Made by a program: the position numbers and the translations under genes | Notes under the pieces: generated by a model | What the model was told of the DNA's origin: nothing | Databases searched by the model: none | The model's input: the letters and a program-made list of their open reading frames with translations, nothing else | Shown: positions 29,701 to 39,170 of the stretch, one piece after another | Layout: every line of letters begins with the position of its first letter | How positions within the stretch are numbered: the first letter of the stretch is position 1 | Assembly: GCA_038064415.1 (NCBI GenBank) | Contig: JBBTTD010000001.1 | Span: forward strand, 79,738-126,966 | From: Patescibacteria group bacterium | Lineage (GTDB): Bacteria; Patescibacteriota; Minisyncoccia; Phycocordibacterales; PALSA-1337 | DNA length: 47,229 bases | Direction of reading: 5' to 3'

Positions 29701-32700
29701 CTCCATAAGTTGGCACTCCAATTAGAGCATCAATGAACAAATATTTGACAGTAACATTCGGCATGAGGGTTCCACTATTGGTGATTATCATGTGAGTGCC
29801 CCAGTTCCCATTGTTTGCTATTTTGAAACCATACGCATTTCCATCAAACCAGTCTCCCTCGTTTCTATATGAACCATCAAGGACAAAATAACCTCTATTT
29901 ACATTGATTAGTGTGGCAAAAACCGCTTGATTTGTACCATAACTCGCCTGCCATCCAGTACTAGTGCCATGATCTGTGGGAGATGCTTTCTTCATCGTAA
30001 TAACATTCGTGCCAGATTGGGGAGTATTGAATGTCCAAGTTGGATATGATCCACCTGCAACATAGTAAGTTGAACCACTTGTTCCACGATTTAGTGTTGT
30101 CGGAATAGCAGGATAGGCATTGGTCCAATCAGAGCCATTCATTAATCCGGCTCCGGATTGGGTAATATAGTAAGTAGTTCCGGTAACAACAGGACCAACA
30201 GTCACAGTCACACTCGCGCTGGCAGGTGTCGTTCCGACTGCTCCGGTACAAGTAGCAATAAATGTAGTGTCAGCTGTAAGTGCTCCAGAAGAGACATTGG
30301 TACCTGATATACCAGTCTGCCAAGGAGATCCCGCTCTGGTAATGTCACAGGCGGTAGCATTAGTTGAAGTCCATGAGATATTTGAGCTTCCACCAGATGT
30401 AACCGAGGTTGGGTTGGCGGAGATGTCAACGGTTGGCTTGAATGGTGAGGAGTTAAAGGTAGCAGTTACCGTGGTGTTAGCAGTCGGAGTAAAGGTACAT
30501 GATTGATTTGTGGTACAACTTCCAGCATTGCTCCAAATAACAAATGTTGAACCTGAGGCTGGAGTAGCTGTCAGAATAATTGAAGATCCTGGAGTGACAC
30601 TGCAGTTGGCAGGATTGCAAGTGACTGTACCCGTACCTGTGCCTAACTTGTTTACTGTGACGGTGTAGTTAGGAGGAGTTTCTGTCGGAGTAAAGACTAC
30701 ATCACGGAAGTAGTTGGAAGATATATATGTCTGTGTCGGATACGCGTTGACTGGGCCATAGCGACCGTTGCCCCCAACTATTGAACTAAGATTGCCTGAG
30801 GTAATTTTGGTTGCAAAACCTGTGGTGTTGACCACGTAGTATGTAGAACCTGTGTTAACTGTAACCATATACCCTGTATTGGCATTGATAGCAAGTGGAG
30901 TAGCGAGATTTTGTTGTTGCCAACCAGAAGCTGTTTCACCAGTGAATACTACTGAAGCTAATTGAACTCCAGAAGCATTCCAGATGCGACCTGTATGTGT
31001 CCCAGTTTCATGAGAATCCTTCCAAAATCTAATAGCTAGAATATTTCCAGTAACATCACTTTGAAAACGAGTTCCGAGTTCATAATTCACGCCTGCGCCA
31101 TCGGAAAGACCTAACAGAGTAGGAACTTGGGTAGTTAACAATGTCTGACCAACTACGGGCGGAGGTGAGATAAGATCAAAGGTTGCGTTAACAGGTATGA
31201 TACTGGCAGTTGGTGTGAAAGTGCATATAAGATTGGTGGTACAGTTTCCAGCTTTGGACCAACCAGTAAATGTTGAACTTGCAGCCGGAATAGCTGTCAG
31301 AGTGATTGAAGATCCTGGAGTGACACTGCAGTTGGCAGGATTGCAAGTGACTGTACCCGTACCTGTGCCTAGTTTGAATATAGTAACATTATATACAGAT
31401 GGAGAAATAGTGGTAAAAGTTTGATCAGTTGATTGAGAAATAACCCCGTTGGAAGATTTAATTTTGTAGTGATATATAGTATTAGCCGTTAAGCCAGAGA
31501 TTGTCTGAGAATGTGAAGTGACTAAAAGTGAATTAAGAGGTGTTTGGCTACCATAGGCAGAGGTTAGACCATATACTACTTGAGTATCTGCTGGTAAATC
31601 AGTGGTCCAGGAGATCGTGGCACTTGAAGTGGTGATGTTAGAAGTATTAATATTAGAGATTACTGAAGCATTTACGCTAACAGTAGCTGTCACTGACTTG
31701 GAAACTTGTGTGCCGTCTACTCCCGTACAAGTCAGAGTAAAGGTAGTCGTGGTAGTAAGACGTTGGGTTTCATAGTATTTGGTGGAGATTGGGACTGATT
31801 TGGTCGGTCCATCACCAGAGAGAGTACAGGATGAGACTGCCACAGGTAATGTTGTCCAAGCAAGCTCAACTGCTTGCCCTGAAACAGTTGATGAAGGAGA
31901 AACATTGAAGGAATAGATTTGAGGTGGGATGGGGGGTGGTGTAACTACTCCAGTGTAGTTATATAGATCCTGAATCTCTGAATTGGATAATGATCGGTTG
32001 TAGATTCTTACTTCATCCAATACACCTTGGAGGCGATCGGAATTACCGCCGTATTGTCCGAGATAAAGTGGTGAACTGTTAATTGCTGGCGTGATAGTTT
32101 GAGAGACACTGGTATTCAATGCTCCATTTATGTAAAGTCTGAAAGACGAACCATCCCAAGTACAAGCCACATGCGTTAGTTGATTGGCGGTGATTGTTGC
32201 TGTTGAAGTGACAGTATTACTAATCGTGCCATTACCAAATACACAAACAACATAATTATCATTTTTGACCTCCATGGCATAGTTATATGATCGACCGTCA
32301 TCATTAACATTACCCTTGGCAAATACACCATTCCATCGGCTGATAACTGGCAAATTGATCCATGTCGCAATTGTACCAGCCCCAGTTATATCTAGACTGC
32401 CATTGTCCGGAATGGAGATAAAATCGCTTGTCCCATTGAAGTTAAGTCCTCCTGCAATCTTTCCTGTGGTCCAAGTAGCACCATTAACACTGCCCGTATT
32501 ATTGTTGCCTGAAGTGTCATTGGCAATACTGCCTGTACCTTCATCAAGATTGTAGTATCCAACTAGACCACTGGTACTGGGTACAGATACTTGAGCAATC
32601 TGGGTTTGTGGCGAGATGGTAGTCACCTGTTTGGAAATTGTTTGGTATCCAAGGAAAGCTCCAGCGATTAGTAAAAGAACCACCAGAATGCCTAGTTGTT

Positions 32701-32707
32701 GTTTCAT
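26720..32707 (-). CDS. Giant modular surface protein (LamG-like, FN3, Ig/B-repeats, DUF4082-like, two beta-helix-like modules, C-terminal TM)
   Basis: GLVGYYNLDEG..LDEVRIYNRSLS; GLTANTIYHYKI; YELGTRF..NYFRDVVF; NIPPTVSISSP; two modules ending GAYEY. Confidence 0.88.
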   Translation of the reverse strand: MKQQLGILVVLLLIAGAFLGYQTISKQVTTISPQTQIAQVSVPSTSGLVGYYNLDEGTGSIANDTSGNNNTGSVNGATWTTGKIAGGLNFNGTSDFISIPDNGSLDITGAGTIATWINLPVISRWNGVFAKGNVNDDGRSYNYAMEVKNDNYVVCVFGNGTISNTVTSTATITANQLTHVACTWDGSSFRLYINGALNTSVSQTITPAINSSPLYLGQYGGNSDRLQGVLDEVRIYNRSLSNSEIQDLYNYTGVVTPPPIPPQIYSFNVSPSSTVSGQAVELAWTTLPVAVSSCTLSGDGPTKSVPISTKYYETQRLTTTTTFTLTCTGVDGTQVSKSVTATVSVNASVISNINTSNITTSSATISWTTDLPADTQVVYGLTSAYGSQTPLNSLLVTSHSQTISGLTANTIYHYKIKSSNGVISQSTDQTFTTISPSVYNVTIFKLGTGTGTVTCNPANCSVTPGSSITLTAIPAASSTFTGWSKAGNCTTNLICTFTPTASIIPVNATFDLISPPPVVGQTLLTTQVPTLLGLSDGAGVNYELGTRFQSDVTGNILAIRFWKDSHETGTHTGRIWNASGVQLASVVFTGETASGWQQQNLATPLAINANTGYMVTVNTGSTYYVVNTTGFATKITSGNLSSIVGGNGRYGPVNAYPTQTYISSNYFRDVVFTPTETPPNYTVTVNKLGTGTGTVTCNPANCSVTPGSSIILTATPASGSTFVIWSNAGSCTTNQSCTFTPTANTTVTATFNSSPFKPTVDISANPTSVTSGGSSNISWTSTNATACDITRAGSPWQTGISGTNVSSGALTADTTFIATCTGAVGTTPASASVTVTVGPVVTGTTYYITQSGAGLMNGSDWTNAYPAIPTTLNRGTSGSTYYVAGGSYPTWTFNTPQSGTNVITMKKASPTDHGTSTGWQASYGTNQAVFATLINVNRGYFVLDGSYRNEGDWFDGNAYGFKIANNGNWGTHMIITNSGTLMPNVTVKYLFIDALIGVPTYGGVRVHGVDTDTYSSARNTGYVFSRMYIKGSSNPYFVRNTVSPIVEYSAGSDTSGSALYHSESVNLFYSDTPGSNAIVRYNHFRDQNTGAQVGGTGVIALAWTQGAQIYGNIFEHYQMGDGAIAAGWENYNIKVHHNTFVNGVGNTPTVHFPVSVGTGNEAYNNLVVNSAVVYNGVGTFGNNGVDTTSVFANYAAGDYRLARATNVVGRSLSSPYNVDRAGNIHGADSVWDIGAYEYTDIIPPPASTGSIMTKLVGTDLTVAMAPAGVVSKIDAGATTAVNPATFPSLTVANHTVSATDAIGYTESYATCTYPEGGTECTVTSLPSYTTVGLTCASSFCSVSVPVTANTVTKTIFKYDAVVANIPPTVSISSPVNGATFTAPASITINATASDSDGTISSVAFYNGATLLGTDTTSPYSYSWTGVGAGTYSLTARATDNSGAVTTSGAVGVTVGSVVTYAITASTGANGSISPTSATVTSGSNQTFTITPNSGYQVAGVLVDGVSVGAVTSYTFSNVTANHTISATFSVIPAGTTFYIRSGATGNGSGSDWTNAYSTLPATATLQRGATYYVADGSYGSYVFDDPESSTQLITIKKATVANHGIATGWDNTYGDGQAVFTALEFTSSNWVFDGQTRNESDWFDKTAYGFSVGSNGDWPSVSIAKYGARTDNVTLKYTYILAIVGNLPGTSVRRMCISTDNNSGETINSTGHVFSRVFCDGGTQHWFVRNSEAPVIEYSASDRITGNSANHGENINLYYNGDNSVIRYNKFRNSFMGQGSTPAGGGTAIMAISWTNGHQIYGNIVYNYQVGNGVIGFGRNDCSNCKIYNNTFANSTYGASGIPLNGGSNNYVYNNLWINTNTPTIAGATHDYNGFSGSASLGEANQQLNIPTSIFNNYTGNDFTLKTNTNPGTLLPAPYNVDMLGRTRTTWSRGAYEYTAPIVQQDINSADNRILAATPFVSASDIPWTWVIIFTVLIILAIFIFLITNKKREGR
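30579..31371. repeat. 67-bp exact direct repeat pair inside the giant gene
   Basis: 30579-30645 identical to 31305-31371. Confidence 0.9.
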
Positions 32708-32815
32708 ATATATTTTAATTACAATCTATGTACATTATTAATACCAACCTCTCCACCTTTTTGAGGAGAATTGTTAGGTATATTGTATCATGAAGGGTAG
32801 ATGTAAGTAAGGTAG

Positions 32816-32824
32816 TTATCCACA
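32816..32824 (+). promoter_or_regulatory. Consensus DnaA box
   Basis: TTATCCACA. Confidence 0.5.
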
Positions 32825-32861
32825 CGACAATAGTGGAAATAATTAGTGACAGTAACCGTAA

Positions 32862-34103
32862 CTAGAATCTCAAGTTTTGAATTTTTTCCATCTCTATTTT
32901 CCCAGTCTTTCTGTCTTTGGTTTCAACCGAATTATCTTTCAAGGTTTTGACACTAATCACAATCCGTATTGGTATACCAATCAAATCAGAATCTGAAAAT
33001 TTTTCTCCGACGGTGGCGTCTCTGTCATCATATAAAACCTCAACATTACTTTTTATCATCCTTTCATATAGCTCATCGGTCGCTTTTTTCACATTACCTT
33101 CGGCATCAAAAAGGGCGATCAAATGAACGGCAAACGGCGCGACTGATTCCGGCCAGACCAAGCCTTTGTCATCCGACCAAATTTCCGCGATTGTGCCCAT
33201 GACTCTACTTGGACCAATACCATAACTACCCATTATTACCGGCTTTGACTTCCCTTCCGCATCTTTGAAATTCAAACCTAACGCGGCAGAAAACTTTGTT
33301 CCTAGACTGAAAATATTTCCAACTTCAATGGCTTTTTTTTCCGCCAAATCTGATCTAGTAATTCCTAAATCTTTAAGTACTTCATCATTCAAGACTTCTT
33401 TGTTAACGGCGATCTTTTTTGATTCATGGACAAAAATGGTATCTTCGCCGGCTTCAGAAACAGTTTGAAATTCGTGAGAATATTTTGAAAATGAACCACC
33501 ACTAGCAAATGTGACATAAGTATCTCCTCCGATGCCTAGTCGATCAAAAATTCTACGATATGCCTCTTTGGCTTTTTCATAAAAATCTTGATGAGCTTTT
33601 TCATCGGGATTAAAAGAATACAGGTCTTTCATCAAAAATTCCCTACCGCGCAATATACCTGATTTGGCTCGCTCTTCATTTCTAAACTTTGTCTGAAATT
33701 GATATACAGACACTGGTAAATCGCGAAAAGATCGCACCTGATCTCTCATCAGCGCCGTCAAGGGTTCTTCGTGAGTAAAAGCTAGGCCAATTTCTCCGCC
33801 ATTATTTAATTTAGTCTTAAACCAAATGCCAATTTCCTTATCATCCCAGCGACCCGTCGCTTCCCAATTTTTCTTGTCTTGAAATGCCGTAAGCTGAACT
33901 TCTTGACCGCCAATATTATTCATCTCTTCGCGAATAATATTTACTATTTTATTTAAAGTCCGTAATCCTAAAGGTAAGAATGAATACACTCCGGCTATTT
34001 CTTTACTTATGAACCCAGCGCGAATGAGGAGTTGAGCATTTTTGGCAACTTCATCCTTTGGTGCCTCTCGGCGAGTTTTAGTGAAAAGTTTAGATTGACG
34101 CAT
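32862..34103 (-). CDS. proS: Proline--tRNA ligase, short form without the INS editing domain
   Basis: MRQSKLF, THEE, KFRNE, REFLMKDLYSF and GSYGIG motifs. Confidence 0.95.
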   Translation of the reverse strand: MRQSKLFTKTRREAPKDEVAKNAQLLIRAGFISKEIAGVYSFLPLGLRTLNKIVNIIREEMNNIGGQEVQLTAFQDKKNWEATGRWDDKEIGIWFKTKLNNGGEIGLAFTHEEPLTALMRDQVRSFRDLPVSVYQFQTKFRNEERAKSGILRGREFLMKDLYSFNPDEKAHQDFYEKAKEAYRRIFDRLGIGGDTYVTFASGGSFSKYSHEFQTVSEAGEDTIFVHESKKIAVNKEVLNDEVLKDLGITRSDLAEKKAIEVGNIFSLGTKFSAALGLNFKDAEGKSKPVIMGSYGIGPSRVMGTIAEIWSDDKGLVWPESVAPFAVHLIALFDAEGNVKKATDELYERMIKSNVEVLYDDRDATVGEKFSDSDLIGIPIRIVISVKTLKDNSVETKDRKTGKIEMEKIQNLRF

Positions 34104-34159
34104 TGGTGTTAATAATACAAGAAAACAAAAAAACCTCAACTTCCATGAAGATCAAACCT

Positions 34160-35236
34160 TCACTTTACCGATTTCACAATATCCTTATAAGTCACGACTA
34201 CCATAAGTAACATCAGCAGTATGAATCCAATTGTGTTGACGATATTCGTAAATCTCATGGAAATTCTACGACGAATGACGCCTTCAATCAAAACAAACAA
34301 TGTTCGTCCCCCATCAAGCGCTGGAAATGGAATCAAATTTATCACGCCCAAATTTATTGAAATCAGAGCCGTAATCATAAGTAGATAGGTGAAACCAAGA
34401 TAGGCGGCGCTTCCCACTATTCCCGCGATACCAATCGGACCGGCAACATCGGAAAAATTGGCTGTACCCTGAAAAATATTTACGACAAATGTGTAAAGTC
34501 CGACGACGGTCTCACGAATCATAATCAAAGTGTAGTGTAAACCTTCCCATATCGCGGAAAATAACGACAATCTTAGATCAGCAACTTTTTGCATGGCAAT
34601 CCCAATAGCATATTTATCGTTTACTATTCCTTGAATGGGCACTATCTCAACCGAACGTGATTCTTGTTGATGTTTAATTGATAGTTTGATTGAACTCCCA
34701 TGACTATCATTGATCATTTGCTGAATCGTTTCAACATCATTGGAATTTTCAATTATATCGCCAACGACTAATCCCGCATTTTCAGCCGGTGAATCTGTGG
34801 ACAAATAAGTAATCATTACTCTTGAATTACTGAAATCTTGAGAATATTTCTCAAAGCCATCAGTCGTCGCGGTTACTCCAGAAAGAAACGCGCTAATATA
34901 AAGAAGCCACGCAAAAAGAAAATTAAAAAACACACCCGCGACCAAAACAATCACTTGTTTCCAGCGCGGTTTATTAACAAAACTTCTGGCTAAATCGGGA
35001 CCACTGACAGATTCCTCATCTGGGTTTTCGCCATGAATTTTCACATAACCGCCAAACGGAATCAGGTTAACGCCATATTCAGTCTCTCCTTTTTTCCAAG
35101 AAATAATTTTTGGTCCAAAGCCGAGTTTGAAAGCGTCAACGCGGATACCCGCAAATCGCGCGGTAATAAAATGTCCAAGCTCATGAACAAAGATTAATAT
35201 CGCGAGAACGATTATAAAAATAATTGTGGTAAGCAT
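34160..35236 (-). CDS. rseP: Site-2 (M50) intramembrane protease RseP
   Basis: HELGH, PDZ-like region, NLIPFPALDGG. Confidence 0.93.
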   Translation of the reverse strand: MLTTIIFIIVLAILIFVHELGHFITARFAGIRVDAFKLGFGPKIISWKKGETEYGVNLIPFGGYVKIHGENPDEESVSGPDLARSFVNKPRWKQVIVLVAGVFFNFLFAWLLYISAFLSGVTATTDGFEKYSQDFSNSRVMITYLSTDSPAENAGLVVGDIIENSNDVETIQQMINDSHGSSIKLSIKHQQESRSVEIVPIQGIVNDKYAIGIAMQKVADLRLSLFSAIWEGLHYTLIMIRETVVGLYTFVVNIFQGTANFSDVAGPIGIAGIVGSAAYLGFTYLLMITALISINLGVINLIPFPALDGGRTLFVLIEGVIRRRISMRFTNIVNTIGFILLMLLMVVVTYKDIVKSVK

Positions 35237-35254
35237 TTAGATTTTGATTGACCA

Positions 35255-35806
35255 TTAACTTATTACCTCCTTTTCTTTTTTGTCATACATTTCCTCCATT
35301 TTTTTATTGAACTCATCAACTATCTTCTGGGTTTCATTTTTCAACCTGAAAATTTCATCTTTACCCATACCACCCAACTTTTCTTTCGCGGTTAAATCTT
35401 TGATAATAGAATCACGATAACCACGAATGTCTTTTTTGGCATTTTCAAGCTTATCCTTGGCTAGTTTTGCTATTTGAGTTCTACGATCGGCAGTCAACTC
35501 GGGAAAAATCGCGCGAAGTCCTTGATCATCAACGACAACTGAAAGCCCAAGATTGCTAATTGTCATAGCTTTCTCAATTTCTTTTGTCTGATTCTTATCC
35601 CATGGCGCAATACGCAAAGTTCGTGCGCCTTCTATGGTGACACTAGCCAATTCCTTTAGCCCCATTGGCGCGCCATATACTTCAACCTTAATAACATCAA
35701 GAATAGATGGTGAAGCTTGTCCAGTCCTGATTTGCTGGAACTCTTTTCTAAGCCAATCTTCAGCTGAAGCGAGTTGTTTTCTGAATGGGTTGAAGTCGTA
35801 GGACAT
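35255..35806 (-). CDS. frr: Ribosome recycling factor
   Basis: IRTGQASP, YG, PELTADRR. Confidence 0.96.
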   Translation of the reverse strand: MSYDFNPFRKQLASAEDWLRKEFQQIRTGQASPSILDVIKVEVYGAPMGLKELASVTIEGARTLRIAPWDKNQTKEIEKAMTISNLGLSVVVDDQGLRAIFPELTADRRTQIAKLAKDKLENAKKDIRGYRDSIIKDLTAKEKLGGMGKDEIFRLKNETQKIVDEFNKKMEEMYDKKEKEVIS

Positions 35807-35851
35807 AGTGATTGGGTTTATTTATATAAATGAGTATAGCATAGGATAATA

Positions 35852-36580
35852 TTATATATTCAACGCCACATATTCCAACAACATCTTTACACTTGGCGCG
35901 CGATCGTGGATATATTTTCTGGCAAGTTCAATTGCCTCCAACGATCTCGCCGATTGTTTAACTTCGTTTTTCCTATAAACAACAGCTTGAATAGAATCTA
36001 ACAAATTAATCGCGTCTTGTTTCGTCTTTTTTTCATCTTTTATGTCATCAATCAGTTTTTTAAGAAATTCTAATCGTTTTGAAGTAGACATATTCACGAA
36101 TTTTTCCGCATCCTGAAAAATTGGATCTGTCGTGGAGTTTTCCTGCGAGATACTTTCGTTTTTATCTGACTGTCTCTCACCAGAAATTTCCTCTAAGCCA
36201 ATCATTAAAATTCTTGACTTAACCGTCGGGAGTAACAAATGAGTGGAATGGATGATTAAAAAAAAGTGTGAATCTTTATTCGGTTCTTCCAATAATTTAA
36301 GCAATGCATTTTGGGCTTCAATTGTAATTCCATTCATCTTTAAAATAAAGATTTTTTTACCCAAAGCATTCATTGGCTTTGTAGTATGTAATGATTTTAT
36401 CTCACGAGCATCATCAATCGTAAAAGTTTCGTATTTTCTATTAAAAAAATCGGGATTACCTTGAGCTTTAATGGAATAATTTTTCGCAAGAATTGAGATC
36501 AATTCAAAACGAGTTGAATCAGAACCAATTAAACAATAGGCGTGATGACTAAGCAATTTTGAAATTTCATTTGAAGACAT
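35852..36580 (-). CDS. holB: DNA polymerase III delta-prime-like subunit (reduced)
   Basis: HAY, AQNALLKLLEEP, LLPTVKSR. Confidence 0.8.
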   Translation of the reverse strand: MSSNEISKLLSHHAYCLIGSDSTRFELISILAKNYSIKAQGNPDFFNRKYETFTIDDAREIKSLHTTKPMNALGKKIFILKMNGITIEAQNALLKLLEEPNKDSHFFLIIHSTHLLLPTVKSRILMIGLEEISGERQSDKNESISQENSTTDPIFQDAEKFVNMSTSKRLEFLKKLIDDIKDEKKTKQDAINLLDSIQAVVYRKNEVKQSARSLEAIELARKYIHDRAPSVKMLLEYVALNI

Positions 36581-36597
36581 AACTATATTGTAACCTA

Positions 36598-37611
36598 CTA
36601 CCTCTTACTAATTATCGTCTTTTTATAGACATCCAAATGCTCCAATGCCACGCCCGTTCCCTTCACCACGCATAGATGAGGATCTTCGGCCATTACCGCC
36701 TTCACGCCCGTTCGGCGCAAGACCAATTCTGGAAAATTACGAAGCATGGCTGAACCACCCGTCATCGTGATCCCCTGATCAATAATATCTGCCGCTAATT
36801 CTGGCGGAGTCTCTTGGAGAACATCTTTGATGGCTTTGATCATATCTCGCAACGGAGTGGCAATAGCTTTTACGATCTCATTAGTCTTGATTTCAGCGGA
36901 ACGAGGTAAACCAGAAATATAATCACGGCCCTTCACCGACATAGAAAGTTCTTGGTCAAGCGGAATGGCAGAGCCGATATTGATTTTAATTATTTCGGCC
37001 ATGTGATCGCCAATCGCCAGATTGAAAGTTTTTTTGACATAATCAGTAATAGCCGCGTCAATTTTATTACCCGCGCATTTTACTGAAATAGATGAGACGA
37101 TTCCTCCAAGAGAAATCACGGCAACATCAGTGGTGCCGCCGCCAATATCAACGACCATGTGCCCTCGCGGTTCATGAATCGGTATACCAGCGCCAATTGC
37201 GGCCAAAACCGGCTCCTTGACAACATAAGCGTTCTTGGCGCCAGCACGCAATGTCGCCTCAACGACTGCGCGTCTTTCTGTTGAAGTAACGCTTGCCGGC
37301 ACGGAAACTATCACATCCGGTTTGAAAAGTGACCAGCGGCCGAGAGCTTTGTCTATGAAATATCGAAGCATGGCTTCGGTCACGCGATAGTCGGCAATCA
37401 CGCCATCGCGCATTGGTCTATAGGCAATAATAGTATCTGGAGTACGACCAAGCATTTCCTTGGCTTCATTACCAACTGCTAGAACTTTTTTATCAACCTG
37501 ATTTACGGCAACGACTGAAGGCTCATTTAAGACAATCCCTTTTTCCGGCACAAAGACAAGGGTATTTGCGGTGCCGAGATCAATTCCGAGTTTCGGTGAA
37601 AATATACTCAT
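36598..37611 (-). CDS. mreB: Second MreB/Mbl-family actin homolog
   Basis: LGIDLGTANT, RPMRDGVIADY, DIGGGTTD; start moved to ATG 37611. Confidence 0.92.
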   Translation of the reverse strand: MSIFSPKLGIDLGTANTLVFVPEKGIVLNEPSVVAVNQVDKKVLAVGNEAKEMLGRTPDTIIAYRPMRDGVIADYRVTEAMLRYFIDKALGRWSLFKPDVIVSVPASVTSTERRAVVEATLRAGAKNAYVVKEPVLAAIGAGIPIHEPRGHMVVDIGGGTTDVAVISLGGIVSSISVKCAGNKIDAAITDYVKKTFNLAIGDHMAEIIKINIGSAIPLDQELSMSVKGRDYISGLPRSAEIKTNEIVKAIATPLRDMIKAIKDVLQETPPELAADIIDQGITMTGGSAMLRNFPELVLRRTGVKAVMAEDPHLCVVKGTGVALEHLDVYKKTIISKR

Positions 37612-37648
37612 GAACGAAATGTACCATAAATCAGGAACTAGGCAATGT

Positions 37649-39028
37649 TTACCGAGCTTTATCCGTTCTTTCAATTTCAACTCCTAAAATTTTTAATCGC
37701 TCTTCTATTTTTTCGTATCCCCTATCAATCAAGTGAACGTTGTTAATCGTAAATTTTCCATTCCCAATTAACGCCGCGACAATCAAGGCAAATCCCGCTC
37801 TAATATCATGCGCGGTTAATTCTTCATTTTCCGATAATTCGTGAAGTGGGGTCGGTCCTTTAATTTTTATTTCTCGTGAATTGATAGTGGTAATATTTGC
37901 TCCCATTTTGATTAGATCTCCAACATATTTAAATCGCCCCTCAAATATTGTCTCGCGAATAGAAAATTGACCCTTAATTTGAGTTAAGAACACGACCAGT
38001 GGCGGTTGCAAGTCAGTCGGAAAACCAGGATACTCTAAAGTCTTAATACTTCTCGGAAGTGTACTATTGATAAAATCACTAGCCGAAACAATTATGGAAT
38101 CCTTTTCAATTTTAATATTTACACCCAACTCAACTAATAATTTAACGACCGTATTCATATGTTTTGGCTGACATTTTTCAATTTTTAATTTTTTCGCGCA
38201 CAAAGCTCCTAAAATAAGAAAACTTCCAGCTTCAATCCGATCTGGAATAGTCACGAATGATTCCTTGAATGAAAGTAACTTTCCGTTAGTCCCTTCAACT
38301 TCAATCGTCGGCGTGCCGATACCTTTGATATTTGCTCCGCAGACATTCAACCATTCAGCAACATTGGCGATCTCCGGTTCACGAGCGCAATTATTCAAAA
38401 CTGTTTTACCTTTTGCCAAAACCGCGGCCATCATCAAAGTCTCCGTGGCACCGACAGAAATTTTGCTAAAAGTAATTTCCGCGCCTTTCAAACCATCAAT
38501 CGCGGAAATTTTATGCAAGCAATCATTTTCTTCTTTAACCGTCGCGCCCATTTTTCCATAACCGGACAAAAATAAATCAATTGGTCTCGCGCCAATCACA
38601 CAACCACCGGGTGCCGGAAAACTTACTTTACCGAATCGACCCATTAAAGAACCTGTTAAAACTATTGACGCTCTCATACTTGTCGCTAATTCTGGATCAA
38701 TTTCCGTTGAGTTGATCCCAGTCGCGTCTATTTCTAAAATCAGGCCACCACTATTTTTACTTGCTCTTTGAGGTTCTGGGCTAGCGGGAAACGAGGTGAA
38801 GCTTTTTTCTTTTACATTAATTTTCGCGCCCATTTTTTCCAAAATGCTTATCATCGTCTGGATGTCACTATTATCTGGCACATTCTCAAGTATCACTGGA
38901 CCATCAAAAAGTATTGACGCGGCCATGGCTTTCAGCGCGGAATTTTTAGCGCCATTTATGATCACGGCGCCGTGGAGTTTCTTTTCTCCCGCGAGGCCTT
39001 GTATGATAAATTCGTCATTTTTGTCCAT
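37649..39028 (-). CDS. murA: UDP-GlcNAc 1-carboxyvinyltransferase
   Basis: GAKNS, GGCVIGARP, YPGFPTDLQ, DIRAG and IDRGYE motifs. Confidence 0.96.
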   Translation of the reverse strand: MDKNDEFIIQGLAGEKKLHGAVIINGAKNSALKAMAASILFDGPVILENVPDNSDIQTMISILEKMGAKINVKEKSFTSFPASPEPQRASKNSGGLILEIDATGINSTEIDPELATSMRASIVLTGSLMGRFGKVSFPAPGGCVIGARPIDLFLSGYGKMGATVKEENDCLHKISAIDGLKGAEITFSKISVGATETLMMAAVLAKGKTVLNNCAREPEIANVAEWLNVCGANIKGIGTPTIEVEGTNGKLLSFKESFVTIPDRIEAGSFLILGALCAKKLKIEKCQPKHMNTVVKLLVELGVNIKIEKDSIIVSASDFINSTLPRSIKTLEYPGFPTDLQPPLVVFLTQIKGQFSIRETIFEGRFKYVGDLIKMGANITTINSREIKIKGPTPLHELSENEELTAHDIRAGFALIVAALIGNGKFTINNVHLIDRGYEKIEERLKILGVEIERTDKAR

Positions 39029-39170
39029 GGATTTAATGTTAGTGTATTGTAATGCGTTTGAAAGAAATTAACAAATAAATATCGCCTTTCTTTATGATTT
39101 TAAGAATAGTAATAAACCCATGAAATATCATCTGTCAATCTCTGATAAACCCCCAAAATAAGGTATAAAT

